A stretch of 64,000 bases of DNA from Octopus sinensis (Eukaryota): positions 12,028,001 to 12,092,000 of the forward strand of contig NC_043010.1 of NCBI RefSeq assembly GCF_006345805.1, written 5' to 3'. Position numbers and translations under genes: made by a program. Positions 1-13,140 of the stretch are shown here, piece after piece; position 1 is the stretch's first letter, and every line of letters begins with the position of its first letter. The notes below the pieces were generated by a model that worked only from the letters and a program-made list of their open reading frames with translations, had not been told where the DNA came from and did no database searches.

Positions 1-314
1 AATAAAACTATTCTACAATCAACAATATTTGTTTTTTAAGGATTAAATCACTCCATTTTTCATTCACACTTTCTCACAGTTATTCTTTTTATATTTTTTT
101 CTCTCTTTCAGTCCTTCCCTCCCTCATCCCCCTATCTCTCTCTTGACTTTCAGACACACTTTTCACATAGATGCACACATTTGTGTAAGCATCATATATA
201 ACTTGCGTATACATATATTAAACATCATATACAGATATGAATATTTTCAGATCTATATTTCTCACCATATTTACATACAAATACATTCACACACACATGC
301 ACACACACACACAC

Positions 315-349
<35 letters not shown>

Positions 350-578
350 TCATCATCGTTTAACGTCCGTTTTATATATATATATATATTATATATATAT
401 ATATATATACATGTACATGTGTGTGTGTGCGTGTGTGTGTGAACATATTTGTATGTAAATATGGTAAGAAATATAGATCTGAAAATATTCATATCTGTAT
501 ATGATGTTTAATATATGTATACACATATATATATATATCATCATCATTGTTTAACGTCCGTTTTATATATATATATAT

Positions 579-611
<33 letters not shown>

Positions 612-1983
612 CACACACAAACACACACATACACACATATATATATATATATATAATACATATACACACACATACACACACACACACACTCACACACAGA
701 TAGACACCTTTATGTGCATATTATATATACATACATAATATATGTCTATGTGAGTGTTTATAATCATATGAATATTTGTATTATAATATGTGTACAGTCA
801 TACATAATATACCAAATTTATCTTTGAAACAGAGAGAAACGTAAACGAAAGTAGCTGACAAGATCTGTTTTTCTAAGCAAAAACCACCAAACACACCTAC
901 ACATACACACACACATGTATTGACACTAGCATGTACACACAATATGAACACACATGCACCCACATATTTCCACTGTGTTGCAGTAAACTCCATCACTCAT
1001 TAATACAACAGCTGCAGTTTCAGCTTGCCTGAGCAATTGTTTCAAAAACATGAACGAAAAATTTCAATACTTTGAAATCTTTTTTTATTATCATATCTTG
1101 GATTTATAACAAGCACCGTGTTTTGGACGTGGTTTGGGAATTTTTGGGTTATTTAGAACAATAAGTTCTCAATGAATGAAGTGTCTTCATAAAATCATCC
1201 AACACCCTTGGGAAAGGCATGAATTCTATAAGATCATGTTTTCTAGATTTTTGTAAGTTCAATATTTTACTACATTTTAAATGTTTGCCTTTTTTTTTTT
1301 TTACATCTAGGGTAGGCAGGGTGTTTTTATGAATTTTTCCAGTTTTTTTCTTTTTTAATAGAATTTTCATTGCTTTTCTTGTATATTTACATTCGTTAGA
1401 ATGGATGCCTTTTGTAAATTTTGGATAAATTGCTTTCACAGATGGGTGCCTTTCTTATTATTAGTCATTCAGCTATGAAGAGTAAACAGAATTTTTTCGT
1501 ATTTTTATTAGGTCTTTTTTTTTCCTTAACGAAGCTGAACCAAGCAAAATTATTTAATGTTATTTACCATAACTAGGAACACAATACATTAATGAAAGAG
1601 CCCACAAAGGAAATTCCTCTTGGTCAATCAAACCATGAGAAATAGTTGGCAGATCCTCAAAAACACACTACCATATTGAAAGATAGACCCAACTGATAGT
1701 GTAGCCTTAGATATGCAAATCCAAGAACAATGTTAGGATGGTCACAACTGGAATACATGGTCTGCTCGATTATAGTTAAACTGGAGAAAACAACATCAAT
1801 AGCAACATGTTAGCTATGGTGATGCTCAAATGCTTGATCATGAGTAAGCTTGGTAGTCTAGCATCCAAATAATTACTTCAACTAAATGATTTTTTAGCAG
1901 AAGGAACTAAATCACTGAGAGCTGTCTAAAATGAGGTTAAGACAAATTATAGTGACATTTAGCCCCCCCCCCCCAAGAATATA

Positions 1984-2199
1984 TGAGGGGGTACAGAAAC
2001 GTTACTGGTTTTAAGGGTATCGTGAATGGCTTGGTTGGAGGCCCAACTTTCCAAGTTCTTTTACAGGGCTTAGAAAGACTGAAGGACGACTGCAATAAAT
2101 GTGTGGATCTGAGATGGGAATATGTTGAATAAAATCATAATTAACTGATTCTCTTGTATTCTCTTTTGCTCAAAGCCAGAACTTTTCAGCACCCCCTCG
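1984..2199 (+). mobile_element. mariner-derived MITE (internally deleted)
   Basis: Degenerate TIR GAGGGGGTRC..AAA..T / AACTTTTCAGCACCCCCTCG. Retains a transposase C-terminal remnant (GLERLKDDCNKCVDLRWEYVE*). Related 5' end at 2478-2550 and an opposite-strand copy at 55426-55630. Confidence 0.75.
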
Positions 2200-2202
2200 T
2201 CT

Positions 2203-2476
2203 GTATGTATGTATGTATATGTATGTGTGTGTGTATGTATGTGTGTATGTACGTATGTTGTATGTATGTATGCGTGTGTGTGTATGTATGTATGTATGTG
2301 TGTATGTATGTGTGTATGCATGTATGCATGTATGTATGTGTGTATGTATGCATGTATGTATGTATGTATGCATGTATGTATGTGTATGCATGTATGCATG
2401 AATGTATGTGTGTATGTATGCATGTATGTATGTATGCATTATGTATGTATGCATGCTTATATGTAAGTATGTATGT
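2203..2476. repeat. (TATG)n/(TG)n compound microsatellite
   Basis: Direct reading. Confidence 0.95.
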
Positions 2477-2612
2477 ACAAGGGGGCTGCTGGAAAGTTCC
2501 TGGCCTTAAGGGTATCAAGAAAGACCTCGTTGGAGACCCAAATTTTCTAAGAAAATATACTGACTGTATGTTTCTAGTAATTTTTTAAATAATCAAGGAT
2601 TTGGAGGGATTT

Positions 2613-2935
2613 ATAATGATAATAATAATATAATGAAATTATTGTATACAGTGCTCAGGTGCACCACAACTTGTTAAAAGTGCGTATAAAGTATATGCAG
2701 TAATGTACAAATATCTGGAAAGCGAACAATGTATGAGTCAGATACATGCTTGTGTGTGTATGGAAGGGAGAAAATCAGGTGTAGTGTTGGCAAATCTCAG
2801 GAAGCATGGAAGTTTTGAAGGATGCAGTGCTCCAACAACTAACAACTGATGCCGGCAGTTTGTTCCATGCTTCAGCAACTCTTAGCGTGAAAAATGTTTC
2901 CAAAAGTCATGGGAGCTGTGCTGTTTTCTGACTAA
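2613..2935 (-). mobile_element. 5'-truncated CR1/L2-type LINE 3' end
   Basis: Minus strand reads VRKQHSSHDFWKHFFTLRVAEAWNKLPASVVSCWSTASFK...HYT*, the typical FF..RV...WN.LP C-terminus, followed by a UTR and (TAT)n tail. Confidence 0.8.
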
Positions 2936-3457
2936 AATAACTTTTTGTTTCATTATTAAGATGGTATCAAGAACATAATTAATAAAAGTTTATTATATAA
3001 GATCATGACAGAAATCTTTAATTTTTCTTTGAAGCATTGTAAAACAGATGGTTTTGTACTAAAGTACCGAGATGTTCTCTGATGGGTTAGTGTAATGAAA
3101 ATTAAATAAGCAAACTCTCGATTTTGTGTAATTTCTATTTCTATGCTGTAATGTCTAATTAAGAAATCACCCACTATTTATGATTAATTATATTGTAAAG
3201 GCTAATTTCACTTTTGAGACATAGGTGACTCTAACGTTAATTTAATGGTCTACAAATAGATTTAAGTATGGCTGTGTGTTTCAGAAGACCCCTTTGCAAC
3301 TGTATAGCTTCTTGGTGAAGATTTCAGAGTGTATGTTCAAATCATTTGATCACCACTAAGTGCTTTCGATATTGAAAATCTCTGTTCTCATCTTTTGACT
3401 ATATTATATATGTGTATCATCATCATCATCATCATCATAATCATCATCATCATCCTT

Positions 3458-3479
<22 letters not shown>

Positions 3480-3489
<10 letters not shown>

Positions 3490-3662
3490 CATCACTTGAC
3501 GTCCATCATCCATGCTAGCATGGATCGGACATTGTGACCAGAGCTGACAAGCTGGCATGGCTGCACCAGAATCCAGTCTGATTTGGCATGATTTCTATGA
3601 CTGGATGCCCTTCCTCATGCCAACCACTTTGCAGAGTGTACTGGATGCTTTTATGTGGCACT
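3480..3662 (-). mobile_element. SINE family D (RTE-type tail), diverged
   Basis: CTGGATGCCCTTCCTCATGCCAACC motif and (CAT)n tail, as in the 34381 and 59283 copies. Confidence 0.7.
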
Positions 3663-4127
3663 GTATGTATGTATGTATGTATGTATGTATGTATGTATGT
3701 ATGTGTGTGTGTGTGTGTCTTTGTGTCTGTGTCCTCTACCACAGCTTGACAACTAGCATTGGTTATTTTACATCTCCATAGCTTAGCAGTTCAGCAAAAG
3801 TGACTGATAGAATAGATAACAGGCTTATAAAAAGAAAAAGTACTGGGGTTGATTCGTTCAAATAAAAAAAATCTCTTCAATGTGGTGCCCCAGCATGGCC
3901 ACAGGCCAATGACAGATAAACCATAACAACACTGTTTGCTACATAATATGGCTGTTGCAAACAGGAAGTATTTATTTAAGGATTGCACCAAAATATTCCA
4001 CTCGTAGCAAATCAATAAAACAGAAGTAAATGTATTTTTAAAATAGAAAATAATTCTAACTAATTTTGTTTGTATGATCTTTTGAACTAAATAGCACCAA
4101 CAAGAATTTATTACTTTGCCCATTTAA

Positions 4128-4573
4128 CCCTTTAGAATCCGGATCACTCTATCAAGTGAAATGCTTATTTAACCCTTTTGTTACTAACCCGGCTGAAACC
4201 TGCTCTGGCTCTGTAGTACAAAGGTCTTGTTTTCATAAGTTCTGAATTAAAATCTTCCACCAAACCTTAGTCACAATTTATATTCCTAACACTAGCTTAA
4301 TGATAACTAAGTTATTTTACTAAATTCTTTGTTATATTTAAAATAATTGAAAGAAACACAGAGCATCCCAAAATAAATACAGTAACAAAAGGGTTAATCA
4401 CTGTTTTGAATTAACCATGCATTATCTCATAGCTTAGAAATTTCGATGATTAAAGTAGTTATTATTTTCAGAATGACATTGGAGGGTAAGTGTGAGAGGC
4501 CAGATCTAGCCAGTTTGAACATAAAACAGGTGGAATATTTTGGCAAGATCTGGCCAGTTTAAATGCTAAAGAG
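4128..4573. mobile_element. TTAA-flanked MITE E1 with nested MITE E2 (4173-4393)
   Basis: Ends TTAA-CCCTTT...AAAG(A/G)G-TTAA. E2 is itself bounded by TTAA/TTAA. TTAA target sites are piggyBac-like. Confidence 0.75.
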
Positions 4574-4601
4574 TTAAGGGTTAATTCAAAATAGTGATTA
4601 A

Positions 4602-4822
4602 CCCTTTAGCATTTAAACTGGCCATATCCAGCCAAAATTATTCTGCCTGTTTTATGTTCAAACTGGCCATATCTGGTCTCTCACACCAACCCTACAATAT
4701 CGTTTTAAAAATTAACAGCTACCTCATCAGAATCTCATAGCTACAAGATAATGCATGATTAGTTTAAAACAATGTGGATAAAAAAGCATTAGTTTTGGCA
4801 GAATAATGTGAACACTAAAGGG
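4602..4822. mobile_element. TTAA-flanked MITE E1, opposite orientation to 4128 copy
   Basis: TTAACCCTTTAGCATTTAAACTGG...CACTAAAGGGTTAA. Confidence 0.75.
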
Positions 4823-5080
4823 TTAAATAAAAATTTCATTTGATAGAGTGATCTGGTTGCTAAAGGGTTAAATGGGCAAAGTAATAAATTCTTGTTGGTG
4901 CTATTTAGTGCAAACGATCATACTTTCAGCAGGTTGAGCCACCTTGTAGGAGCTTTCTTTATTGGATGGTAAAGTTAGCTCAATCCTGGTAGGACAAACA
5001 CATGAACAATAGAATTCTGACCAGGAGTCTCCCTCATTAATGTCCAGGGTTAGCATAACATGGATTATATTTGGCTTCGT

Positions 5081-5458
5081 GGAGGCGCAATGGCCCAGTG
5101 GTTAGGTCAGCGGACTCGCGGTCATAGGATTGCGGTTTCGATTCCCAGACCGGGCGTTGTGAGTGTTTATTGGGCGAAAACACCTAAAAGCTCCACGAGG
5201 CTCTGGCAGGGGATGGTGGTGATCCCTGCTGTACTCTTTCACCACAACTTTCTCTCACTCTTACTTCCTGTTTCTGTTGTACCTGTATTTCAAGGGGCCA
5301 GCCTTGTCACTCTCTGTGTCACGCTGAATATCCCCGAGAACTACGTTAAGGGTGCACGTGTCTGTGGAGTGTTCAGCCACTTACACGTTAATTTCACGAG
5401 TAGGCTGTTCCGTTGATTCGGATCAACCGGAACCCTCATCGTCGTAACCGACAGAGTG
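5081..5458 (+). mobile_element. SINE family B, tRNA-derived head (TCG at anticodon-like position), tail type i
   Basis: A-box TGGCCCAGTGG, B-box GGTTTCGATTCC. Same body on the minus strand at 24129 and 54329. Confidence 0.85.
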
Positions 5459-5919
5459 AAGAAATATTTGGCTTTACTTTTGTAGGAGTGGTGGGGGTAG
5501 GGTGTGGGTTGAGAAAGATTTGGCTGTTATTTCTAGCAGATCAATCAAGCAAGTAGATGTTCATCATGTAAACTGATGCAAATTTGAATAACTCTTTGAA
5601 CTCATGGTCGTATGCTTAGATACACAACTAATGGGTAGATAAAATAGTCATTTTTGCTTCAAAATTAATATCATTAAAACCATTATTGATCATTATCATT
5701 AAAACAAAATAATTTTTGAAATTATTATCAAAATTATTATAAAATCTTAATAAACAAAATCATTACTGAAGTATGAGTAATATAGATAAATTGCTATTTC
5801 CGCAAGCAAGTGAATCAGCTGTTATCTCTGAAATGTTATATTAATTCTAAGATCAAATAAGATAAGATAATTATTAATTTGCCAAGTGACATTGGGAATA
5901 TAAATATATTCACACACAC

Positions 5920-6187
5920 TCTCCCACACACATATGTATGTGTGTGTATATATATATATATACATATATATATACATATATATATACATATATATATATA
6001 TTTATATATATGTATATATATTTACATATGTTATATATACACACACACATATATAGATACATATATATATATATATATACATACATATATACGTATATAT
6101 ATATATATACATACACATATACATATATATATATATATACATACATATATACATATATACATACATATTACATATATATATATATAC

Positions 6188-6253
<66 letters not shown>

Positions 6254-6385
6254 GTATATATATATATAATATATATATATATATACATACATATATACAC
6301 TTTATTTGTTCCACATCCTCGCGTTGTTGTCTTTTTGTTTTCTTGTTTGGATTAACTTTATATACATACATATATATATAAATAA

Positions 6386-6440
<55 letters not shown>
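5920..6440. repeat. (TA)n/(TACA)n array containing a 60-bp PLE-like 3' stub at 6301-6360
   Basis: The stub ...CTTGTTTGGATTAACTTTA matches the reverse complement of 54822-54885. Confidence 0.85.
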
Positions 6441-7440
6441 CGCATATATATTCATGGGAATAGAGAATATGAAAACAAGAAATAGACTAACGTATATATA
6501 TAAAAGACAACGTACTTGGATCTGATGTAGAAGCACTCATTTTCGTCTTTTTTTTCAATTCCTGAGTTTAGTCACAGAATTGCAGACGTGTATGTACTTA
6601 CTTTGAGGAATTTTCTTTTATTCTCTTTTTCCGTTGATCATAATATCAAGTTCAGCACATATTTTTTGTCTAGTAAATTATTCTATTGATTAAAATTCAA
6701 TGAAGAGTTGCATTTTAAGTTTTGACATAAAAGAACAGAACACGGTATGCCATTTTATGTGAAATAAATTGTGTAGTAGGAAGCCTGCTTCCCACTGCAT
6801 TCTGAGATCAACCCCACTTCATGGCACCTTGATCAAGTATCGTCTAGTGTAGCCCTGGGCCAACCAGTGTCTTGTGAGTGAACTTGGTGGACAGAAACTG
6901 AAAGAAGCCTGTGAAGCCTGTTATATATATAATGTTGCCACTTGATATGAAAATTTTTGTATTAATGGAAGACCTCTATAATTGGCTGATGAGTACTCAG
7001 CATTTTAAAATGATGTAGTACGAAACGATCGTACCAAATTACCGGAGTCATCCTAGTTGCTTATTTTGATTATAATCACCCCAAGGATTTTTATAGATAA
7101 CACCATACAGAATTCTGGTGCATCTAAATTAAGTACCATATTCATTTGAATCTAAATTTTTGCTGAACTTATATATATATATATATACACACTCATATAT
7201 ATATCCACACACACACACATATATATATATACATAGAGAGAGAGAGTTTTGAAGTGTAAAGGTGATATTTTTTAAAGTTATTTTTTAAAATAATGTTATA
7301 AAATCTTTTATCAGGATGTTACTAACCTTTCTGGGGAAAAAGTATTTTTCTAGTGTGTAAGCAAGCGCTTTCATTTAACCTTATACATGTGTGTGTGTGT
7401 AGATAGATATAGGTATAAATATAAATATATATATATATAT

Positions 7441-7707
7441 CACGTGATCACGTGACCGACCAGACCATGAGATGTTGTTACACATTGCTGGTCACAATGC
7501 GTTCGCATTATTTTAGCCTTCGAATGATGCCACCCCGAGCAGACCAACAGAAGAAAGAGTGGTGAAAGAGTACAGCAGGGATCACCACCCCCTGCCAGAG
7601 CCTCGTGGAGCTTTTTAGGTGTTTTCACTCAATAAACACTCACAACGCCCGGCCTGGGAATCGAAACCGCGAGTCCACTGCCCTAACCACTGGGCCATTG
7701 CGCCTCC
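7441..7707 (-). mobile_element. SINE family B head with tail type ii
   Basis: Same tRNA-like head and first ~70 nt of body as 5081, then an unrelated tail ending ...GGTCACGTGATCACGTG. Confidence 0.8.
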
Positions 7708-8694
7708 ACACACATATATATATATATACACACACATACATTAGTGTGAGTGAGGAACACATAGACACATACTAACACAAAAAGGCTTCTATGCATTTTC
7801 TTTCATTTGTTTTTTGTTTTTTGTTTTTGCTTTTGTTTTTGTTTACCAAATTCCATCACTGAAATTCACAGTGCAAAAAAGGAATGAGGGCTTGAGACAT
7901 CTTCAATTTTAAATGATATCAATAACAGCTTTTCTATTCACGCTTTATAATTAATGGCTTCTTACATCGGTACAAAATCACAAATTTACTTTACATTCAG
8001 AATCGTATTCTCTTGATTTCTGTTTTATAATGTACTTCTTAGTACTTGGTCAAGATATTTAACAACTCTTCTTTGTAAAAATCCATTACTACAATCCACC
8101 ACCAAAAACAGAGAAAAAAAAATAGCTGTTTTTACCTTCTGAAGGTTAACTGAAGTTAAAGGAAGCCCAGAGGAAAATAGTAGTTATTCCAGGAGCATGA
8201 CAGCAACATATCCATAGATTTTACCTTAAAATGCCTACATTGTCGATAAGCAAAAAAAAAAAGGAAAAAATTATGGTTTTGCTATAATAAAAATAAAACA
8301 TTAAAAAAAAACATGAAAACTATCCCAAAACTTTTGATGTCAGGGAATCGAACTCAATGTACTGTTTTACATATTCATACATATACATGCACACACACAA
8401 ATATATATATATATATATATACATATACACATCAAAAGATACTCAATACATCTAACTTAACATGGATGCCTTGTTAGAATATTGCATTATTAGCCTTGAG
8501 AGATGCTCTCATGGAGACATTTGGTGCATAAAAGTGCACGCATTGGATCATAGCAGACAAAATTTGCCTGTCTTTGACACTGGAATTCTAAGAAGGCATC
8601 CATGTTTGGATAACTTTAGGTATTAACACTGTTTAAGATTACTTTTTGGCATTAAAACTACCCCCATCACTAATAATTAACACACATACATACA

Positions 8695-8730
<36 letters not shown>

Positions 8731-9510
8731 TATATTTATTTATTTTTATTGCATTTTTTATTGCATTTATATTTGTATAACATTGTTCGTTTTTTCCTCC
8801 CTTGTTTTTGTATATATTTTCTGCTTTCTTCTAAAGAATCTAATACTCTTAGTTTAGTTTTTCTTTGGGGCTGGCCAGATAGGAGCAATCTCAAGAATAA
8901 TCAGCCGAAATTGTGAGGATAATCTGGTGCTTGACTGAGGAAAGGTAATTTCAAATGACCCGTCCTTGTTTTCTTTGTATCGTCTATCTGGATGTTTTGT
9001 TGTCCCTTTTTGTACCACCTAGCTGTCTGGATGTGTTGCATTCTTGTCCCATTTTGTATTTTATATATACATATATATATATATACGCGAGAAAGAAGCA
9101 ACAAGAATGGATATCCATTCTTGTTGCTTCTTTCTCGCTTATAATCACCCCACATTACTGTTATTGTTAAATCAGTATAGTTTTTTTTGGTGCATCTAAG
9201 TTAGGTACATATTCAAGTAAATTTTTTAATTAACTTGAATCTTTATTGCTCTTTATTATATAGATATATATATCTATATATAATAACCAAAAAATAAGCA
9301 ACAAGAATGGATCTGGTAATTTAGTACAATTGTTTCATACTATAACAATTTATTAAAGCTGCAAATATTACAGCAAATATAATATTTCAAGTAATCTTCA
9401 CCTAATTTCATATAGGTTTTCCAATAATGTAAAGTTCTCAAATCAATTAGTAACATCTTAGAGAATGTAAATATACCGATAAAGTTGTGGATGTGAGGAT
9501 ATATATATAT

Positions 9511-10352
9511 ATATAACAAAAATCAAAGTGTATGACAGATTTCGTAGTTCTTTTAACATAATACATAAAAAATTCATCGAAGTGTTAGGTTTCAAGTGCT
9601 CCAATATTACTATCCAAAGAAATGCAGTATTACAAATCCTTGCGATCATTTCAAGGAAATGCATTTGTATTGGGTGAATTTGCCAGCTGATTCAAATGGT
9701 CGCATTTCTCTCATCAGAGGTACAAATAAATCGGTTAAAATAGTTTAAAAACTGAGAAAGCTTAAAATATCTCCTACTTACAGAACTTGAAGTCATATCA
9801 AGTAGTGTTATATTTTTTTTTTTAAATGTTATAATGTTTTTAAAAAAAGTTCACAAGGATACAGAAAGGCTTTGCGAAGTGGAAAAAGTTCTGAAGTAAA
9901 ACATTTGTGCGAATGAAAATGAACTTTAAAATATTTGTAAAAATAAAATAAAATGAGTCCACTTCACAAAGCCTTTCTATATTCTTGAAAACTTTTTTTA
10001 AAAAATACTATAACATTTTTTTGAAAAAAATATAACACTTCTCGATATGACTTCAAGTTCTGTAAGTAGGAGATATTTTAGGCTTTCTCAATTTTGAAAC
10101 TATTTCAATCGATTTATTTGTATCTCTGATGAGAGAAATGCAACCATTTTTTTATCGGCTGGAAAACTCGTCCAATACAAATGCATTCCTCAAAATGATT
10201 GCAAGGTTTTGTAATACTGCTTTTCTTTGGATTGTAATATTGGAGCACTTCAAACCTAGCATCTCTATGAATTTTTTTTATGTATTTTGTATTCCCATGA
10301 CAAAGGAACTTGACCTACAATAATCTGTCATCCGCTTTGATTTTACTTATAT
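9511..10352. mobile_element. Fold-back element, ~370-395 bp inverted arms, TA-flanked
   Basis: 9511-9883 is the reverse complement of 9958-10352, with scattered mismatches and a 74-bp spacer. Confidence 0.8.
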
Positions 10353-10414
10353 ATTGCTCATATTGAGGTGTGCTGCAACAAAGGGTTTTCTTTTTACTTA
10401 TATATATATATATA

Positions 10415-11076
10415 CAGGGGTTGGACAAAATAATGGAAACACCTAGCATCATAGCATCATAATTTTGAAATATCTTTAAAACCATCAAAAGCTTGTTTAT
10501 TTTTATGTTTTTTGATTTATTATTAGTGTGGTTTGATATGTTCTGCTAAAATTGCTGTTTCTTTTAGATATCATCAGAAAAAGGTAATTAAAACTCATTA
10601 AAATGCCAGTTCTATCATACTTTCAAAGAGGTCAAATTGTTGGTGCTCATATGGCAGGCACTAGCATAACAAAAACAATTGAAATGTTTGGTGTATCAAG
10701 AAGTTCTGTCTCGAAAGTAATGACAGCCTTTGAGAAAGAGGGAAAAATCCTCCTCGTCGGAACAAAACTCTGGAAGAAAACCAAAACTTTCAGATAGGGA
10801 CTGTCAGACTCTTACATAAATTGTCAGAAAGTATCACAAAAGTACAGCTCCCAAAATTACTTCAGAGCTTAGTGACCACCTTGAGAACCCAGTTTCCAGA
10901 AAAACTGTTCACTGGAAGCTGCACAAAGCCAGATTTCCCAGGAGGGATGCAATCAGACAACCACTACTTTAAAAAACAAATGCTGCAAAGCATTTAGAGT
11001 GGAGTAAAAACCTACAGAATTGGTCCTTAGAGCAGTGGAAGAATGTAATTTTCTCGGACGAGTCATCCTTTATCTT
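10415..11076 (+). mobile_element. Tc1-family transposon 5' half (left TIR plus decayed transposase from ATG 10603)
   Basis: TA|CAGGGGTTGGACAAAATAATGGAAACACC. Translation MPVLSYFQRGQIVGAHMAG...GRKPKLSDRD...W..EQWKNVIFSDESSF has a frameshift and stops, and is truncated after the first catalytic D. Confidence 0.92.
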
Positions 11077-11084
11077 AATATCTT

Positions 11085-12030
11085 ATTAGCTATATCACCG
11101 GTAATAGCCAATATATACATGGAATACTTTGAGAATTTGGCTTTAGGATCAACACCACTAAAACCAACACTATGGCTATGATATGTTGATGACACCTTTA
11201 TACTCTGGCCCCACCAAGAAGATGTCCAAGTGCTGTTAGATCATGTGAACTCAATAAAGTCATCCATACAGTTCACAATGGAAAAAGAAAAAGACAATCA
11301 GCTGGCATTCCTGGACGTATTAATAACACACACCAAATATGGATTCAGGACATCCGTATACTGCAAGCCGACCTTTACTGGACGATACCTCAACTTCAAT
11401 TCCCACCATCCATACAGTGTAAAGGTAGGGATTGCTCAGTGCCTAAAACATCGAGCAAAGAACATAAGTAGCGATCGTGATACACACCATGAAGAAATTA
11501 TCAAGCTCAATAATGATCTGTTAAGCAACAACTACCCCAAAAGTATACTATCCACTCCAATTATGAAGAAGAGAGAGGATGAAGTCAATAAACTGTCCAC
11601 AGTCTGTCTACCCTATGTGAAAGGCCTCTCTGAAAAGATCCAAAAGATATGCGGCCCATATGACATCAGGACAGTATTCAAGAGTAATACAACACTTTGC
11701 AAATATCTCCTTTGAGTAAAACCACCAATAGAAGAGAATATGACCAAAGACTGCATGTGCTCCATCCAGCTGTGGTAGGTTATACAAAGGCGAAACATGC
11801 CACCCCCTCAAAATAAGGGTGGACGAACATCACAAAGCTGTGACAAGAGGAGATATGGATAAATTGGGTATAGCTGATTAAGTTTTTGAAAAATGGAGAC
11901 CACCTCCCCCTGTGGGATGAAGTTAAAATAATAGACAGAGAACACCACTGGAAAATACGAAAACTAAAAGAAGCAGCACATATACTAGGACACAACAAGC
12001 TCCTAAGCAGACCAAGTGCTGATATGAGCA
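11085..12030 (+). mobile_element. Penelope-like element remnant: RT C-half plus GIY-YIG endonuclease (pseudogenised)
   Basis: SPVIANIYMEYFE...WL*YVDDTF...IQFTMEKE...FLDV...RYLNFNSHHP...LPYVKGLSEKI...C.CGRLYKGETCHPLKIRVDEH...LKEAAHI. Confidence 0.92.
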
Positions 12031-12084
12031 ACATAAGGAAGGACAGAAAAATATTAGATTTATAAGCTTGAGTAGCTTAAGTCA

Positions 12085-12320
12085 GTGCTAGAAGGAAAAT
12101 GTCCGTCTTTGGTTTCAAGACGAAAGGTGTTCTTCCATCAGGATGGTGCTTGGCCACATACAGCAAGGACGATATTCCAAAGGTTGGAGCAGTCTGAATG
12201 GGAAATGATTATCATTTATTTTGCAGTCTTCAAAATCGTTTGGATAGAAAAAATATGAATTCTGTAGATGAAGACAGAAGAGTGATGGAGAAGTATTTTT
12301 ATCATGGACAAGATGAAGGA
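12085..12320 (+). mobile_element. mariner transposase C-terminal fragment
   Basis: KVFFHQDGAWPHTAR...LEQSEWEMI then HLFCSLQNRLD. The YSPDLAP segment is deleted. Confidence 0.7.
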
Positions 12321-12394
12321 GAGGATATTTTACATTAAAAAAGAACTTTGTTTATCTTAATTTTGAAAAATAAAAGAAGTATAAAAAAACTGCA

Positions 12395-12762
12395 TTATGT
12401 ATGTATGCATGCATGCATGTATGAATGAATGTATGTATGTATGTATGCATATATGCATGCTTGTCTATCTGTCTGCCTGTCTGTCTGTATGTATGTATCT
12501 ATGTATGTATGTATGCATGCATGTATGTATGAATGAATGTACCTATGTATGTAAGAATGTATGCATGCCTGTCTATCTGTATGTATGTATGTATGCATGT
12601 ATGTATGAATGAATGTACGTATGTATGCATGCATGTATGTATGAATGAATGTACATATGTATGTATGCATATATGCATGGCTGTCTATTTGTCTGCTTGT
12701 CTATCTGTCTGCCTGTATGCATGCATGTATGTATGTATGCATGTATGTATGAATAAATGTAC

Positions 12763-12793
<31 letters not shown>

Positions 12794-13140
12794 TGCATGT
12801 ATGTATGTATGCAGGTATGTATGTATGTATGTATGCATGTATGTATGTATGCATGCATGTATGCATGTATGTATGTATGCATGCATGTATGTATGTATGT
12901 ATGTATGCATGTATGTATGTATGTATGCATGTATGTATGAATAAATGTACGTATGTATGTATGTATGTATGTATGTATGTATGCATGTATGTATGCATGT
13001 ATGTATGAATAAATGTACGTATGTATGTATGCATGTATGCATGCCTGTCTATCTGTCTGTCTGTATGTATGTATGTGTGTGTATGTGTGTGTGTGTGTGG
13101 TGTGTGTGTGTGTGTGTATGTGTGTGTGTGTGTGTGTGTG
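12395..13140. repeat. Compound (TATG)n array with higher-order units (GAATGAATGTAC; GTCTATCTGTCTGCC)
   Basis: Marker motifs recur at about 12423, 12531, 12607, 12643, 12751, 12939 and 13007. Confidence 0.9.

Noticed and set aside
1149-1439. 96-aa Lys-rich minus-strand ORF
   Set aside because: Lys runs come from poly-T tracts; no recognisable motif.
5879-6381. YI/HT-repeat ORFs (also 12395-14108, 17829-18942, 56552-57288)
   Set aside because: (TA)n, (CA)n and (TATG)n lack stop codons; not genes.
10127-10190. CTGATGAG in the 9511-10352 fold-back as a hammerhead core
   Set aside because: No GAAA positioned after a closing helix II in both arms.
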